DNA of 64,000 bases from Calditrichia bacterium. GTDB taxonomy: Bacteria; Calditrichota; Calditrichia; RBG-13-44-9; J075. Where the stretch lies: assembly GCA_050633245.1 (NCBI GenBank), contig JBOEGD010000011.1:1-64000 (forward strand), given 5' to 3'. Below, piece by piece: positions 18,270 to 28,495 of the stretch; positions within the stretch are counted from its first letter, which is position 1, and the number at the start of each line of letters is the position of its first letter. The notes beneath the pieces were generated by a model. That model saw only the letters and a list, made by a program, of their open reading frames with translations. It was not told the origin of the DNA and did no database searches. A program made the translations under genes and the position numbers.

Positions 18270-19793
18270 TTAGTCGTGGTGTTTCATCGCCGCAGCCAGG
18301 ATGTCGCTTTGCGTCGCGTTGTCATGTGTGAATGTGCCGCCGATTCGTCCTTCGCTGAGAATGATCATTCGGTCGCTCATCCCTATTAGCTCAGGAAGTT
18401 CGCTTGATACCAGAAGTACCGCCTTGCCTTCATCGGTAAGCTGATTAATTAATTCATAGACTTCCTGCTTTGAGCCCACATCAATTCCGCGAGTGGGTTC
18501 ATCTAAAAATACAATTGAAGGCTCGGTCATTAATCCCTTACCCAGCACGATCTTTTGTTGGTTACCGCCGGATAATGTCCCTACAACTGTTTCTAGTCCG
18601 GGGGCTTTTACCGCCAGCGAGTCGAAGAAATGCTTATTTCGACCATATTCCATATTTTCATCTATCAGGAAATTGTGGTAAAACTTATCGAGAGATGCGA
18701 TTGATAGATTGAAGCCGATCGTTTGATCGAGCACTAATCCATAGCGTTTACGATCTTCGCTTATCAGCACCATGCCATTTTCTATCGCATCGCGTGGCGT
18801 GTTATTCTCAAGTGTTTTGTTGTTTACAGTAACCTTACCCTTACTGCGTTGTCCGAATGCCCCAAAAATGTGTAGAAGTAGCTCGGTGCGACCTGCCCCC
18901 ATCAAACCACCAAAGCCTAGAACTTCTCCCGCACGCAAGGTGAACGAAATATTAGACAAGATGGGTTTGTGTCGCCCTTCGACTTCTACCTCTAAATCGT
19001 TTACTGCGAGGACAATCTCGCCGGGAGTCGACTTCCTGCGTGGAAACAAATCGGTGATCTCTCTGCCAACCATTAATTGAATTACTTCGTTTTTATCGGT
19101 ATCCGCTGTTTGCAGAGTTGCAATACTTTGTCCGTCGCGAATAATTGTAATGCGATCGGAAATGGCAAAAACTTCATCCAGCTTGTGAGAAATATAGACG
19201 CAGGTTATTCCGCGCTTCTTCAACCCCTGAACGATTTCAAGCAGGATTTCAACTTCTGTTTCGGTAAGGGCTGCCGTTGGTTCATCCAGCAGTAAGATTC
19301 GAGTTTCCTTAGACAAAGCTTTAACAATCTCGACTAACTGTTGCTCACCTACACCCAGCTTGTCTATTCGAGCGGACGGATTTAGCTGAAGATTGTAGGT
19401 TTTTAGCAGGTTCTGCGTCCGAGAATAAACGGAGTTCCAATCTATGCGTCCCATTTTGGTTGGCTCACTGCCGAGAAAAATATTCTCGGCGACGGTCATT
19501 TCCTGAACCAGTGCCAGCTCCTGATAGATTACGGCAATTCCGCTGGCGGAAGCATCATTTATTCCGCGAAATGATACGGTTTTCCCGTCAATTGCGAAAC
19601 TGCCTTCGTAGCTCGATTCCGAATAAATGCCGGAGAGAACCTTTATTAGCGTAGATTTTCCCGCACCGTTTTCCCCGCAAATAGCATGTATTTCTCCCTG
19701 AGCAAGATTAAACTCGACTTCATCGAGAGCGATAACGCCGGGAAAACGTTTCGTTAACTTGTTAACCTTAAGTATTGGATTGTTGTCGGTCAT
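18270..19793 (-). CDS. xylG: Sugar ABC transporter ATP-binding protein (two ABC domains)
   Basis: GENGAGKST, 'LDEPT', 'LSGGNQQK', 'DEPTRGIDVGSK'; probable start ATG 19793. Confidence 0.9.
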   Translation of the reverse strand: MTDNNPILKVNKLTKRFPGVIALDEVEFNLAQGEIHAICGENGAGKSTLIKVLSGIYSESSYEGSFAIDGKTVSFRGINDASASGIAVIYQELALVQEMTVAENIFLGSEPTKMGRIDWNSVYSRTQNLLKTYNLQLNPSARIDKLGVGEQQLVEIVKALSKETRILLLDEPTAALTETEVEILLEIVQGLKKRGITCVYISHKLDEVFAISDRITIIRDGQSIATLQTADTDKNEVIQLMVGREITDLFPRRKSTPGEIVLAVNDLEVEVEGRHKPILSNISFTLRAGEVLGFGGLMGAGRTELLLHIFGAFGQRSKGKVTVNNKTLENNTPRDAIENGMVLISEDRKRYGLVLDQTIGFNLSIASLDKFYHNFLIDENMEYGRNKHFFDSLAVKAPGLETVVGTLSGGNQQKIVLGKGLMTEPSIVFLDEPTRGIDVGSKQEVYELINQLTDEGKAVLLVSSELPELIGMSDRMIILSEGRIGGTFTHDNATQSDILAAAMKHHD

Positions 19794-19794
19794 A

Positions 19795-20871
19795 TTATCG
19801 TTTCGGGCGTTGAGCTTCCGGGATCTCGCGATAGACATCTTCAAAATTATGGAAATTATCTTTGATGACCGTTTCCATCATATTGTCTTTGGTAACTGTG
19901 ATGACATTGACCAGAATAGAAGGCACATCCTTTTGTCCATTATTCACCACATCAGGTGCAACAACCGATTTGCCCGCTGCAAAAGCATAGGCGACTTCTG
20001 CTGCGCGGGTTGCAACTTCTTTCAGCGGCTTATAGATTGTCATTGCCTGATTGCCAGAGACAATTCGCTGGCAGGCCACCAGCTCTGCATCCTGTCCGGT
20101 TACCAAAACATCTCCGACGGCGCCTTCTTCGCGAAGTGCCTGAATAGCGCCACCGGCCGTGCCGTCATTTGAGGCAAGAATGGCATCAAAAGATAGGCCA
20201 TGTCTGGTAAGCGCTGCGTTTGTAATCTTCTTGGCCATTTCCGGGCGCCAATTTTCAGCCCAGTCTTCGTGAAGCACCTGAATATCACCACGCTTGATGT
20301 AGGGGGTAAGAATATTGTCTTGTCCTTGCTTGAACATAAAGGCATTGTTGTCTACATTGGCACCATAGATGCGCATTATTTTTCCCTTGCCGGGAGTAGG
20401 TAGATTATTGACTAAATACGTTGCCTGTGCTTCACCAACGCGCACATTATCGAAAGATATATACAAATCGAGATCGCAGTCCGGAATCATGCGGTCGTAG
20501 GCAATCACCGGGATATCCATTTCATGCGCAAGGCGGACAGCTTTGGCCATCGCCGGTCCGTTGTGGGCTACAATTACCAAAACGTCGACATTGTTGCTTA
20601 ATAAGGATTGAACATCCTGCATCTGACGGGTATCGTCGCTATTGGCAGATTGAACTAAGACCTCCGCACCAAGTTCTTCTGCTCGCGCAACAAAGGAGTC
20701 GCGATCACGTTGCCAACGTTCTTCCTTTTGCGTATCCATCGAAAAGCCGATAACCAGCTTTTTCTTTTGGTTCTCGGCTGTGTTTGTGGAACCATCGCTG
20801 CGTGTTAGCGCTAAACCTATAAGCAAACTCAGTATCATGGATATAATAACGAGGGCAATTCGTAGCTTCAT
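19795..20871 (-). CDS. xylF: D-xylose-type ABC substrate-binding protein
   Basis: 'ERWQRDRD.F', 'VIAYDR', 'YISFDN..VG', 'DNNA..F', 'NDGTAGG', 'TGQDA', 'MTIYKP'. Confidence 0.88.
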   Translation of the reverse strand: MKLRIALVIISMILSLLIGLALTRSDGSTNTAENQKKKLVIGFSMDTQKEERWQRDRDSFVARAEELGAEVLVQSANSDDTRQMQDVQSLLSNNVDVLVIVAHNGPAMAKAVRLAHEMDIPVIAYDRMIPDCDLDLYISFDNVRVGEAQATYLVNNLPTPGKGKIMRIYGANVDNNAFMFKQGQDNILTPYIKRGDIQVLHEDWAENWRPEMAKKITNAALTRHGLSFDAILASNDGTAGGAIQALREEGAVGDVLVTGQDAELVACQRIVSGNQAMTIYKPLKEVATRAAEVAYAFAAGKSVVAPDVVNNGQKDVPSILVNVITVTKDNMMETVIKDNFHNFEDVYREIPEAQRPKR

Positions 20872-21101
20872 AACTATATATCTCCGGACTTGACAATTGC
20901 TGACTCTAAAAGGTCTTTCATTCTGGAATTTGCCTAATATCTGGAATCAAAAGAACTTAACCAAGAGATTGGGTGGTAATTTGCTTTTTTTGCCATTGCA
21001 AAGCTAAAATACTAAGTTATATATTTCAATTATGATAGAGTATTAGGCTGGAAATGAAAGTTTACTTGAAGATCTACATAAAACTTTAGGACAATTTTAT
21101 C

Positions 21102-22646
21102 GTGGTTAGAGCAATGAAATGTGCAAACGAAAATCTGCAACAAGAGACGAAATCAATTAGACTAAATTTATCGCAAAAGAACGTTGGGCGGAAGAGTTTT
21201 ACTCTTAGATCTGTTGCTCTGTTTTTCCTCCTTGCTTTTGGATTATGGGGTTGTAGCTCATCCGGTATGGAGGGAGATTTACCCGCTGTTGATTATTCCA
21301 ATATGGAAAAGCCAGTAGCAGATAAGATTGGAAAATTGGTTGCAGATGTAAAACAAACACCTGCAGATGCGCTTTCCTGGGGAAAACTTGGGATGAATCT
21401 ACAGCTGCACGGCTTTCAGGTTGAGGCGCAAACCTGCTTTGAGCAGGCTCATCGCCTAAATCCTGATGATTTTCGCTGGCCGTATCTCAATGGTATTGGA
21501 ATGGCAGAGCAAGGCTTACCCAATGCTCTTGCATGGCTAAAAAAGGCTAACGCAATAGATGCACAATATGCACCGCTTTATGTTTATATCGGTGAAGCAT
21601 TACTTCACGATCAGCAGGAACAGCAGGCGAGTGAAGCATTTGAACGAGCATTGGCATTAAAACCTGGTTTTGTGCGCGCAACGTTTGGTATGGCCAAGGC
21701 AGCCAGACAGCGCGAAGACTATGTCTCTGCGATTTCGTTACTAAATAAGGCGATTGCTCTTGATAAGACTAAACCCGAATTCGTGCACTTACTTATCGAT
21801 ATTCATGCGTCGCTGAGTCAAGATGAAAAAGCTGCACAGCTCAAAAGTCAGCATGTAGCTCTTTTGCAAAAAAAATCTGATGGTTTGCCAATGCCCGATG
21901 CGATCAGAGACGCTTATGAAGCTGAGGGCGTGAGTTTGTATTGGCGCTATGAAAATGGAAAAAAGCGAATGGCAAATGCTGACTATCGAGGAGCAATTCT
22001 GGAATTCGAAAAGGCGCTCGAAATTCGTGAAGATGCAGAGGTGCTCTACAAGAAGGCAATCTGCTATCTGACGCTAAATGATAAAGAGAATGCACTTACT
22101 AATGTTCGTCGCGCTGCACATCTGACTCCAGAGCGATCTCGATATGTCAGTGACTATGGCAGCCTGCTTGCAGAGACAAATCCACAAGAGGGAGAAGAGG
22201 TTTTAAGACAGGCTCTGAAGCAAGACCCATCAGACCAACTTGTAGTGCATAACTACGCCACTTTTTTGAAACGTCATAAGCGCTGGTACGATTTGATCTA
22301 TCTATTTCGAGATGCCTATGAAGACAACCATCACGAGCCCTTTTTTCAGTCTAATTTTGCCTGGTTTTGCAGCGTAGTTCCTGACGATAAAGCACGCAGC
22401 CCACGTGAAGCACTTGCTGTGATTCGAAATATTCAACGGAGAAATCCGGTGATTCGCCCTGCTCTTTATGAAGTGTTTGCAGCCGTTTATGCAGTAAATA
22501 ATGATTTCGATCAAGCCATTCATTTTTCCGAGCTGTCTATGATCGCGGCCAAAAACTCGGGTGATGCAGCCGGATATGAAAGGCTCGCTCAGCGCCATAG
22601 TCAGTATCAGCAGAAACGCCCCTGGATATTGCCCACGCTCAATTAA
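21102..22646 (+). CDS. TPR-repeat lipoprotein
   Basis: Lipobox 'LWGC' after a hydrophobic stretch; repeated TPR helices ('A..CFEQA..LNP', 'FERALALKP'). Start uncertain. Confidence 0.78.
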   Translation: MVRAMKCANENLQQETKSIRLNLSQKNVGRKSFTLRSVALFFLLAFGLWGCSSSGMEGDLPAVDYSNMEKPVADKIGKLVADVKQTPADALSWGKLGMNLQLHGFQVEAQTCFEQAHRLNPDDFRWPYLNGIGMAEQGLPNALAWLKKANAIDAQYAPLYVYIGEALLHDQQEQQASEAFERALALKPGFVRATFGMAKAARQREDYVSAISLLNKAIALDKTKPEFVHLLIDIHASLSQDEKAAQLKSQHVALLQKKSDGLPMPDAIRDAYEAEGVSLYWRYENGKKRMANADYRGAILEFEKALEIREDAEVLYKKAICYLTLNDKENALTNVRRAAHLTPERSRYVSDYGSLLAETNPQEGEEVLRQALKQDPSDQLVVHNYATFLKRHKRWYDLIYLFRDAYEDNHHEPFFQSNFAWFCSVVPDDKARSPREALAVIRNIQRRNPVIRPALYEVFAAVYAVNNDFDQAIHFSELSMIAAKNSGDAAGYERLAQRHSQYQQKRPWILPTLN

Positions 22647-22868
22647 AGCCACTTACGACGTCGAAAATAAATGAGTAGAGCTCCAGCGATTAACAGACAA
22701 ACTATCCAGAATGCGGGATAGCTATACTGACTACTGATCTCCGGCAAGTTGAGTGGACTTGCCGACGTATCAAAATTCATTCCATAAACACCTGCCAAAA
22801 ATGAAAGAGATATGAAGATTGTTGCACTGATGGTTAATACTCTCATTACCTCATCCATTCGGTTGCTT
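22643..22868 (-). pseudogene. corA: 3' fragment of a magnesium transporter CorA
   Basis: 'SNRMDEVMRVLTI.ATIF..LSFLAGVYGMNF...LPEI...Y.YP..W...YFRRRKWL' carries the GMN motif; the large N-terminal domain is missing. Confidence 0.88.
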
Positions 22869-22875
22869 GGCATAG

Positions 22876-23347
22876 ATTGGTGCCACTACCGGAGAGGTTA
22901 TGTCCATTGACACACTATCCATAAAAATTCGCACTTTTGACAATAAGTTTGTTCGCATACCCACTGAGAATATCCTTAGAAGAGAGGTGACCACACTAAC
23001 CCGTTTCCCAATTCGACGTGCAGATTTACATGTCTCGGTTGCATACAAAGAGAATATTGCGCATGTAAAGGAAATACTGGGTGATATTGCTTTGAAAAAT
23101 GAAATGTGTTTACAGGAACCGGTACCTGGTGTGTTTTGAAGGGTTTGCTGCCTCATCTATCGATCAGCGGTTTGTAGTTTGCTGTGTAAGGGAAGACGTC
23201 GTAAAGTTACGAAATTCAATGTATGAGCAAATCAAAGAGCGATTTGATGCGGAAGACGTTGAAATCCCATTTCCCCATATTTCGATATATAAAGGTTCAG
23301 CGACTGAGCCGCATCCAATTCAGATAGCTTCTGATTCAAATAAATAG
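22876..23347 (+). pseudogene. mscS: 3' fragment of an MscS-family mechanosensitive channel, frameshifted
   Basis: 'IGATTGEVMSIDTLSIKIRTFDNKFVRIP...VSVAYKEN..EP', a frameshift ~23127, then 'FEGFAASSID...IKERFDAEDVEIPFP'; TM region absent. Confidence 0.85.
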
Positions 23348-23509
23348 ATATTCGATAGTTTTGCCGGGAGTTCTCAAAAACGGATTACCTACCCGTGACC
23401 TCAATCAAATGATGTGAATAAATATCGGCGAAATTACGGCAGAATTGCAGTCTCTATTTTATCGTACTATCGTTGTTTTTGACAAGCTAACTGCCGGGAA
23501 TCGCCCCAA

Positions 23510-24451
23510 ATGAAAAATGCAGACATCACTAAACCTGGACCTGGCACACTGATTCAGACTGAAACGGTTGCTGAACCCAGAACTGCTGAAACCCGACGCG
23601 CAAGATATAAAACCCCCAAAAAAGCCTATGAGCAGGCTCTGCTGCTGCAGAAAGAGAATCGCATTCTCAAAGATGAGTTAAAGAGCTTTGAAAAGCAGAT
23701 TACCCGTAGACGTAGAGAAGTGGCTGATCAGGCAAGGCGGGAACTTTTTCTGGAACTGCTCCCCGTAATGGATGACCTGCGTGTCATGCTAAATCATTAC
23801 AACGGTAAATCCGAAGATCAGCAGTTGAAAGAAGGCGCCAAGCTTATTTTCAAGAACTTCGAGAATAGATTAGCCGGACAACTGAGGCTTGTAGAACCTG
23901 CAAAGAAAAAGGTTACTTCGGAGGCTTCCAAACCTTCCGCGGTTGTTGAAGAACCTACGAAAGAAAGGGCTACTCAGAATGCCCCCAGAACTACGGTAAT
24001 CGTCGAAAAACCTATGAATGAAAAGGTGCCAGAAATGACGAAAGAAGCGTCTTCTCCTGCTGTTTCTAATGAGCCAAAAGCGACATCCGGTCCAGTCGAG
24101 GCTGCCAATGATCCCGTTTCAGTTCCAACACCAACATCAACACCAACACCGACTGCGGCACGTGCAAATCCTGCCCCCTCTGCAGATGCACGTCGTACCA
24201 GACCTGTCATTCCGCGCCTGGACGATCAAAACTCCGCACCGCTGATGAGAGATTCACTGGTAAGACCACCTATTCCGGACGGTAAGCGTGCTGAGGTCAT
24301 CATTGTACCGGATAAGGATGATTCCTCTGAAAGCTTGCTGCGACCAGACTATGATCGCTATACAGATAGTAGTCCAGGCCCACTATTGAAGATATTGGTT
24401 GCTGTCGCTGTTGGTTCAATTGTCGGCGCAATTCTTTGGTTTGTGCTGTAA
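23510..24451 (+). CDS. GrpE-like helical domain + long Pro/Thr/Ala-rich linker + C-terminal TM helix
   Basis: 'ARRELFLELLPVMDDLRVML...LKEGAKLIFKNF..RL' matches the GrpE four-helix bundle. No 'FDP..HEA' beta-domain; ends in 'ILVAVAVGSIVGAILWFVL'. Confidence 0.6.
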   Translation: MKNADITKPGPGTLIQTETVAEPRTAETRRARYKTPKKAYEQALLLQKENRILKDELKSFEKQITRRRREVADQARRELFLELLPVMDDLRVMLNHYNGKSEDQQLKEGAKLIFKNFENRLAGQLRLVEPAKKKVTSEASKPSAVVEEPTKERATQNAPRTTVIVEKPMNEKVPEMTKEASSPAVSNEPKATSGPVEAANDPVSVPTPTSTPTPTAARANPAPSADARRTRPVIPRLDDQNSAPLMRDSLVRPPIPDGKRAEVIIVPDKDDSSESLLRPDYDRYTDSSPGPLLKILVAVAVGSIVGAILWFVL

Positions 24452-24621
24452 ATAGTAACATTGACCAATATCACGAAAGCTCTCTCCCGGTAAACTAAGA
24501 ATTTGATCTTTTCGAATACCTCGCTATACTTTAACCAAACATCACACCGGGGGGCATAAACCTCCCGAATTATATTCTCTACCTTTTTGATAAATTGGGA
24601 TGACTGCCGGAGGATTCTGAT

Positions 24622-26124
24622 ATGTTTCGCATATCTATAAGAGGCATGCTGCTGGGTTGCATCGTATTGACTTTTATTGTTAGCTGCACGCCGGAGAAGG
24701 ATGTCGAAAATACTGTTGAGGTTGCGACAGGCATCCAACCCGATACGCTGACCTATGAAGAAATTGCAGTGCCACAAGTCGAACGAGATCTGCCACAAAT
24801 TCGAGAACGTGGAAAATTACTTGCACTGACCGGCTATAATTCGAACAGTTATTTTATTTACAAGGGTGAGCCACTCGGATTTGAATATGAGCTGCTGAAA
24901 CTTCTAGCGGAGCATCTAGAGCTCGAGCTGGAAGTGGTTATCGTAAAGAATCTGGATCAGATCTTTAGCTATTTAAATGCCGGACAAGGCGATATTATTG
25001 CCTACAATATGTCCGTGACAAAAGAGCGTCTTCAAAAAGTTGGTTTTACCAATCACCATTCCCTTATTCGACAAGTTTTAGTTCAGAAGCTGCCCGATAA
25101 TTGGCGTGATATGAAGATCCATGAGATTAACCGAATGCTCGTTACCAATCCAATTGACTTAATTGGTAAAAAAATTCACGTTCGCAAGGGCTCTTCCTAT
25201 TACCATCGCCTGCAAAATCTGTCCGATGAAATTGGCGGTGATATCGATATTGTTGAGGCTTCCGGTGAAATCTCCACAGAATCGCTTATTGCGCAAGTCG
25301 CGAAGGGGGAAATTGATTACACGGTCGCCGACCAAAATCTTGCTTTAGTCAATGCAGCCTATTATCAGAATATTGATATTAGAACCTTCGTTAGTTTTTC
25401 GCAACGTATCGCCTGGGCAGTGCGAGAAAATTCTCCCGAGCTAAAGTCCGAGATTGATAGCTGGCTAAAAAAGATAAAGCGAGAACCTACATATAATCTG
25501 ATATACGATAAATATTATAAAAATAAGCGCTTCTTTAAACAGCGCGTTCGAAGTGAATATTTTACGCTGACAGGTGGGAAAATCTCTGAATATGATGACG
25601 TTATCCGCGAGCAGGCCGCGACACTCAATTGGGACTGGCGTCTGTTGGCTTCTCAGATCTATCAGGAATCTGAATTTGATCCCGAAGCAACTTCCTGGGT
25701 CGGCGCCAAAGGACTGATGCAGTTAATGCCGGCAACGGCACGCATGTTTAAGGCCGGGAATCTTTCGGATCCCAATGAAAATATCGCTGCAGGCGTTCGC
25801 TATCTGAAATGGCTGAACAAATATTGGGATGAAATTCCAGATAGCACCGAACGACTCAAGTTTATCCTCGCATCATATAATACCGGTCAAGGGCATGTGC
25901 AAGACGCACGAAACCTGACCGTTAAGTATAAGAAGGATCCGAATATCTGGACGGATAATGTTGAAGAATTTGTCCTGAAAAAAGCGCAAGAGCGTTATTT
26001 TAATGATGAGGTTGTAAAATACGGATACTGCCGGGGCGAGGAGCCGGTTGGTTATGTTATTGAAATACTGGAACGCTTTAATGATTATCAGAAATTGGTT
26101 GTCGATGACCAGGTCTTACGATAG
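24622..26124 (+). CDS. mltF: Membrane-bound lytic murein transglycosylase F (SBP_bac_3 + SLT)
   Basis: Lipobox 'IVSC', 'GFEYELL', 'DWRLLASQIYQESEFDP', 'GLMQLMP.TA', 'ASYN.G.GHV.DAR'. Confidence 0.9.
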   Translation: MFRISIRGMLLGCIVLTFIVSCTPEKDVENTVEVATGIQPDTLTYEEIAVPQVERDLPQIRERGKLLALTGYNSNSYFIYKGEPLGFEYELLKLLAEHLELELEVVIVKNLDQIFSYLNAGQGDIIAYNMSVTKERLQKVGFTNHHSLIRQVLVQKLPDNWRDMKIHEINRMLVTNPIDLIGKKIHVRKGSSYYHRLQNLSDEIGGDIDIVEASGEISTESLIAQVAKGEIDYTVADQNLALVNAAYYQNIDIRTFVSFSQRIAWAVRENSPELKSEIDSWLKKIKREPTYNLIYDKYYKNKRFFKQRVRSEYFTLTGGKISEYDDVIREQAATLNWDWRLLASQIYQESEFDPEATSWVGAKGLMQLMPATARMFKAGNLSDPNENIAAGVRYLKWLNKYWDEIPDSTERLKFILASYNTGQGHVQDARNLTVKYKKDPNIWTDNVEEFVLKKAQERYFNDEVVKYGYCRGEEPVGYVIEILERFNDYQKLVVDDQVLR

Positions 26125-26269
26125 CTGAAGCTGATACAGCTTTAGAAAGTATTTCGATAAATCGAGCCGGACGTGTATGTTATAACATGTCCGGATAGGA
26201 AACTCACTCACTCCATTTTCTCCCTATCGCTTTTTATCCTGACGCCTCAAATAACTACTGGGATTCAGA

Positions 26270-28495
26270 GTGAACACCGCAAAAAACTCTGTACAAAATC
26301 TACTTCCGGGCATTTCTGCCGGCCTGGTAAATGGCGTTCTGATCGTCATTTTTCAGAGTGCTTATGCCGCGCTTATCTTTTCCGGATCGCTTGCAAGTCA
26401 TCTTGATGCCGGTCTTGGAATGATGCTTTTTGGTGCATGTGTCATGGGGCTTATTGTTGCCCTTACCAGCTCATTTGAAGGCACCGTAACTGCACCGCAA
26501 GATGCTCCCACGGCAATTATGGCATTAGTTGCCGCCTCTATCGCTTCGGTAATGACATATAATGCGGGATCTGACGAGGTCTTTTTGACTTTGATTGGCG
26601 CGATTGCCATTACGTCGTTGATTACCGGTATTGTTCTTACATTGCTTGGGCGCTTTCAACTGGGAAATATGATTCGCTTTATTCCGTATCCGGTTGTCGG
26701 TGGATTTTTAGCGGGAACGGGCTGGATTCTGGTAAAGGGAGCAATTGGAATTATGGCCGGCAGCCCACTTGCATTTAATCCCGCGTTGTTAAATTCAGAG
26801 GTCTTGCTGCGCTGGTTGCCCGGAGTACTTTTTGCCTTTGCGTTGTTTTTTGCTTTAAGGCGGTTTAAACATTTTTTGATGATGCCGGGTATTATTCTTG
26901 CCACAATTTGTTTATTCTATGCCATCCTCTGGCTTGTTGGTTCAACTGTTTCGGAAGCTGCGGATTTCGGCCTTTTACTACCGGCTCTGGACAGTGGAAT
27001 AGTCTGGAGGCCTTTAATGCCCACAGACCTTGCAAAAATAAATTGGGGAGTCATTCTTGGTCAATCAGGTGAACTGCTGACAATTATGGTGATTAGTATT
27101 ATTTCCCTTCTGCTTAATGCCAGTGGCCTTGAGTTGATTGCCCGTCGCGAGGTCGATTTGAATCAGGAGTTACGCTCAACTGGTTTGGCAAATATTGTCT
27201 CGGGAATTGGCGGTAGTTCAGTTGGCTATATGTCATTGAGCTTGTCGGCATTTGGCTTTCGACTTGGTTCACGCAATCGCATCTCCAGCTTTATCTCTGC
27301 AGGGCTTTGCGGCATTGTCCTTCTAACCGGCATTGGCGTTTCATCTTACTTTCCAAAACCGCTTTTGGGCGGGCTTCTATTTTATCTGGGACTGACATTT
27401 TTAGTAGACTGGCTTTACTCAGCCTGGTTTAAGCTTCCCAAGATGGAATACTTTCTGGTTGTGGCGATTCTGTTGACTATCGCAATGTTTGGCTTTTTGC
27501 AGGGCACCATTCTGGGGATACTTATTGCCGTGGTGCTTTTTGTAATTAATTACAGCAGAATTGAGGTTGTTAAGCATTCGTTGACCGGGGAAAACTATCG
27601 TAGCAATGTCGATCGCTCGCTGCGCATGCAGCATATTTTGGAAGAGCAAGGAGTGCAGATCGAGATTATGAAACTTCAGGGGTTTATCTTCTTTGGAACG
27701 GCGAATGGCGTGCTGCATCGTGTTCGCGAGCGTGCGTTTAATATCGGCCTGGCACCATTGCGCTATGTTCTGCTCGACTTTCGACTGGTTAGTGGATTGG
27801 ATTCATCTGCATTAAACAGTTTTGCAAAGCTAAAAATGCTCGCGGAGAACCAGTCGTTTCAACTTGTTCTCACGTCACTTTCCGATCAAACCGGAAGATT
27901 GTTCTACCGAGGAGCTTTGGTTGAATCGGAAGATCCGGTTATTCGTGTTCTGCCGGATTTGGATCATGGCCTGGAATGGATAGAGGATGAGATTCTTGAA
28001 ATCAGCGATGACAGCCAGATACGCATCGAGCGATCGGGGCCAGAATTGCTGGCTGAAGTTTTACAGCTTAGCGGTAGTATGGGGGCTGAAGCAGCCGTGA
28101 AGGTTGCTACAGATGTTATGCCGTTTGTGGAAACGCGCAGCTTTAAGGATGGCGAATATCTGATTGTTCAGGGAGCCGCACCAAGTGGAATCTATATTCT
28201 TGAATCCGGCCAGGTAACGGTGCAGCTTGAGAAAACTAAAACGAATATTCTCAGATTGCGACGCATGAATCCAGGCACAGTTGTTGGTGAACTGGGCGTC
28301 TATTTAAACTATCCGGCAACGGCAGCAGTTGTCGCCAATCAGCCATCGCATACCTTATTTATTTCGCTGGAAGCGCTGCAAAAGATGGAGAGAGAAGATC
28401 CAGCGATTGCAGCAGCATTTCACAAGTTTATTGTCCAGATTCTCGGCGAGCGTCTTAGCAATAGTAATAAGACGCTGCAGGCGGTTTTGGACTAG
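26270..28495 (+). CDS. sulP: SulP/SLC26 anion transporter with STAS and cNMP-binding domains
   Basis: 'PQDAP', 'IRFIPYPVVGGFLAG', 'QELRSTGLAN'; STAS 'LQGFIFFGTAN..LDF..V.GLDSS'; cNMP 'GTVVGELG..ATAAVVA'. Confidence 0.9.
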   Translation: MNTAKNSVQNLLPGISAGLVNGVLIVIFQSAYAALIFSGSLASHLDAGLGMMLFGACVMGLIVALTSSFEGTVTAPQDAPTAIMALVAASIASVMTYNAGSDEVFLTLIGAIAITSLITGIVLTLLGRFQLGNMIRFIPYPVVGGFLAGTGWILVKGAIGIMAGSPLAFNPALLNSEVLLRWLPGVLFAFALFFALRRFKHFLMMPGIILATICLFYAILWLVGSTVSEAADFGLLLPALDSGIVWRPLMPTDLAKINWGVILGQSGELLTIMVISIISLLLNASGLELIARREVDLNQELRSTGLANIVSGIGGSSVGYMSLSLSAFGFRLGSRNRISSFISAGLCGIVLLTGIGVSSYFPKPLLGGLLFYLGLTFLVDWLYSAWFKLPKMEYFLVVAILLTIAMFGFLQGTILGILIAVVLFVINYSRIEVVKHSLTGENYRSNVDRSLRMQHILEEQGVQIEIMKLQGFIFFGTANGVLHRVRERAFNIGLAPLRYVLLDFRLVSGLDSSALNSFAKLKMLAENQSFQLVLTSLSDQTGRLFYRGALVESEDPVIRVLPDLDHGLEWIEDEILEISDDSQIRIERSGPELLAEVLQLSGSMGAEAAVKVATDVMPFVETRSFKDGEYLIVQGAAPSGIYILESGQVTVQLEKTKTNILRLRRMNPGTVVGELGVYLNYPATAAVVANQPSHTLFISLEALQKMEREDPAIAAAFHKFIVQILGERLSNSNKTLQAVLD

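Noticed and set aside
23394-23409. CRP/FNR-like site (CGTGA-N6-TCAAA)
   Set aside because: Multiple mismatches and a single instance; could be chance.
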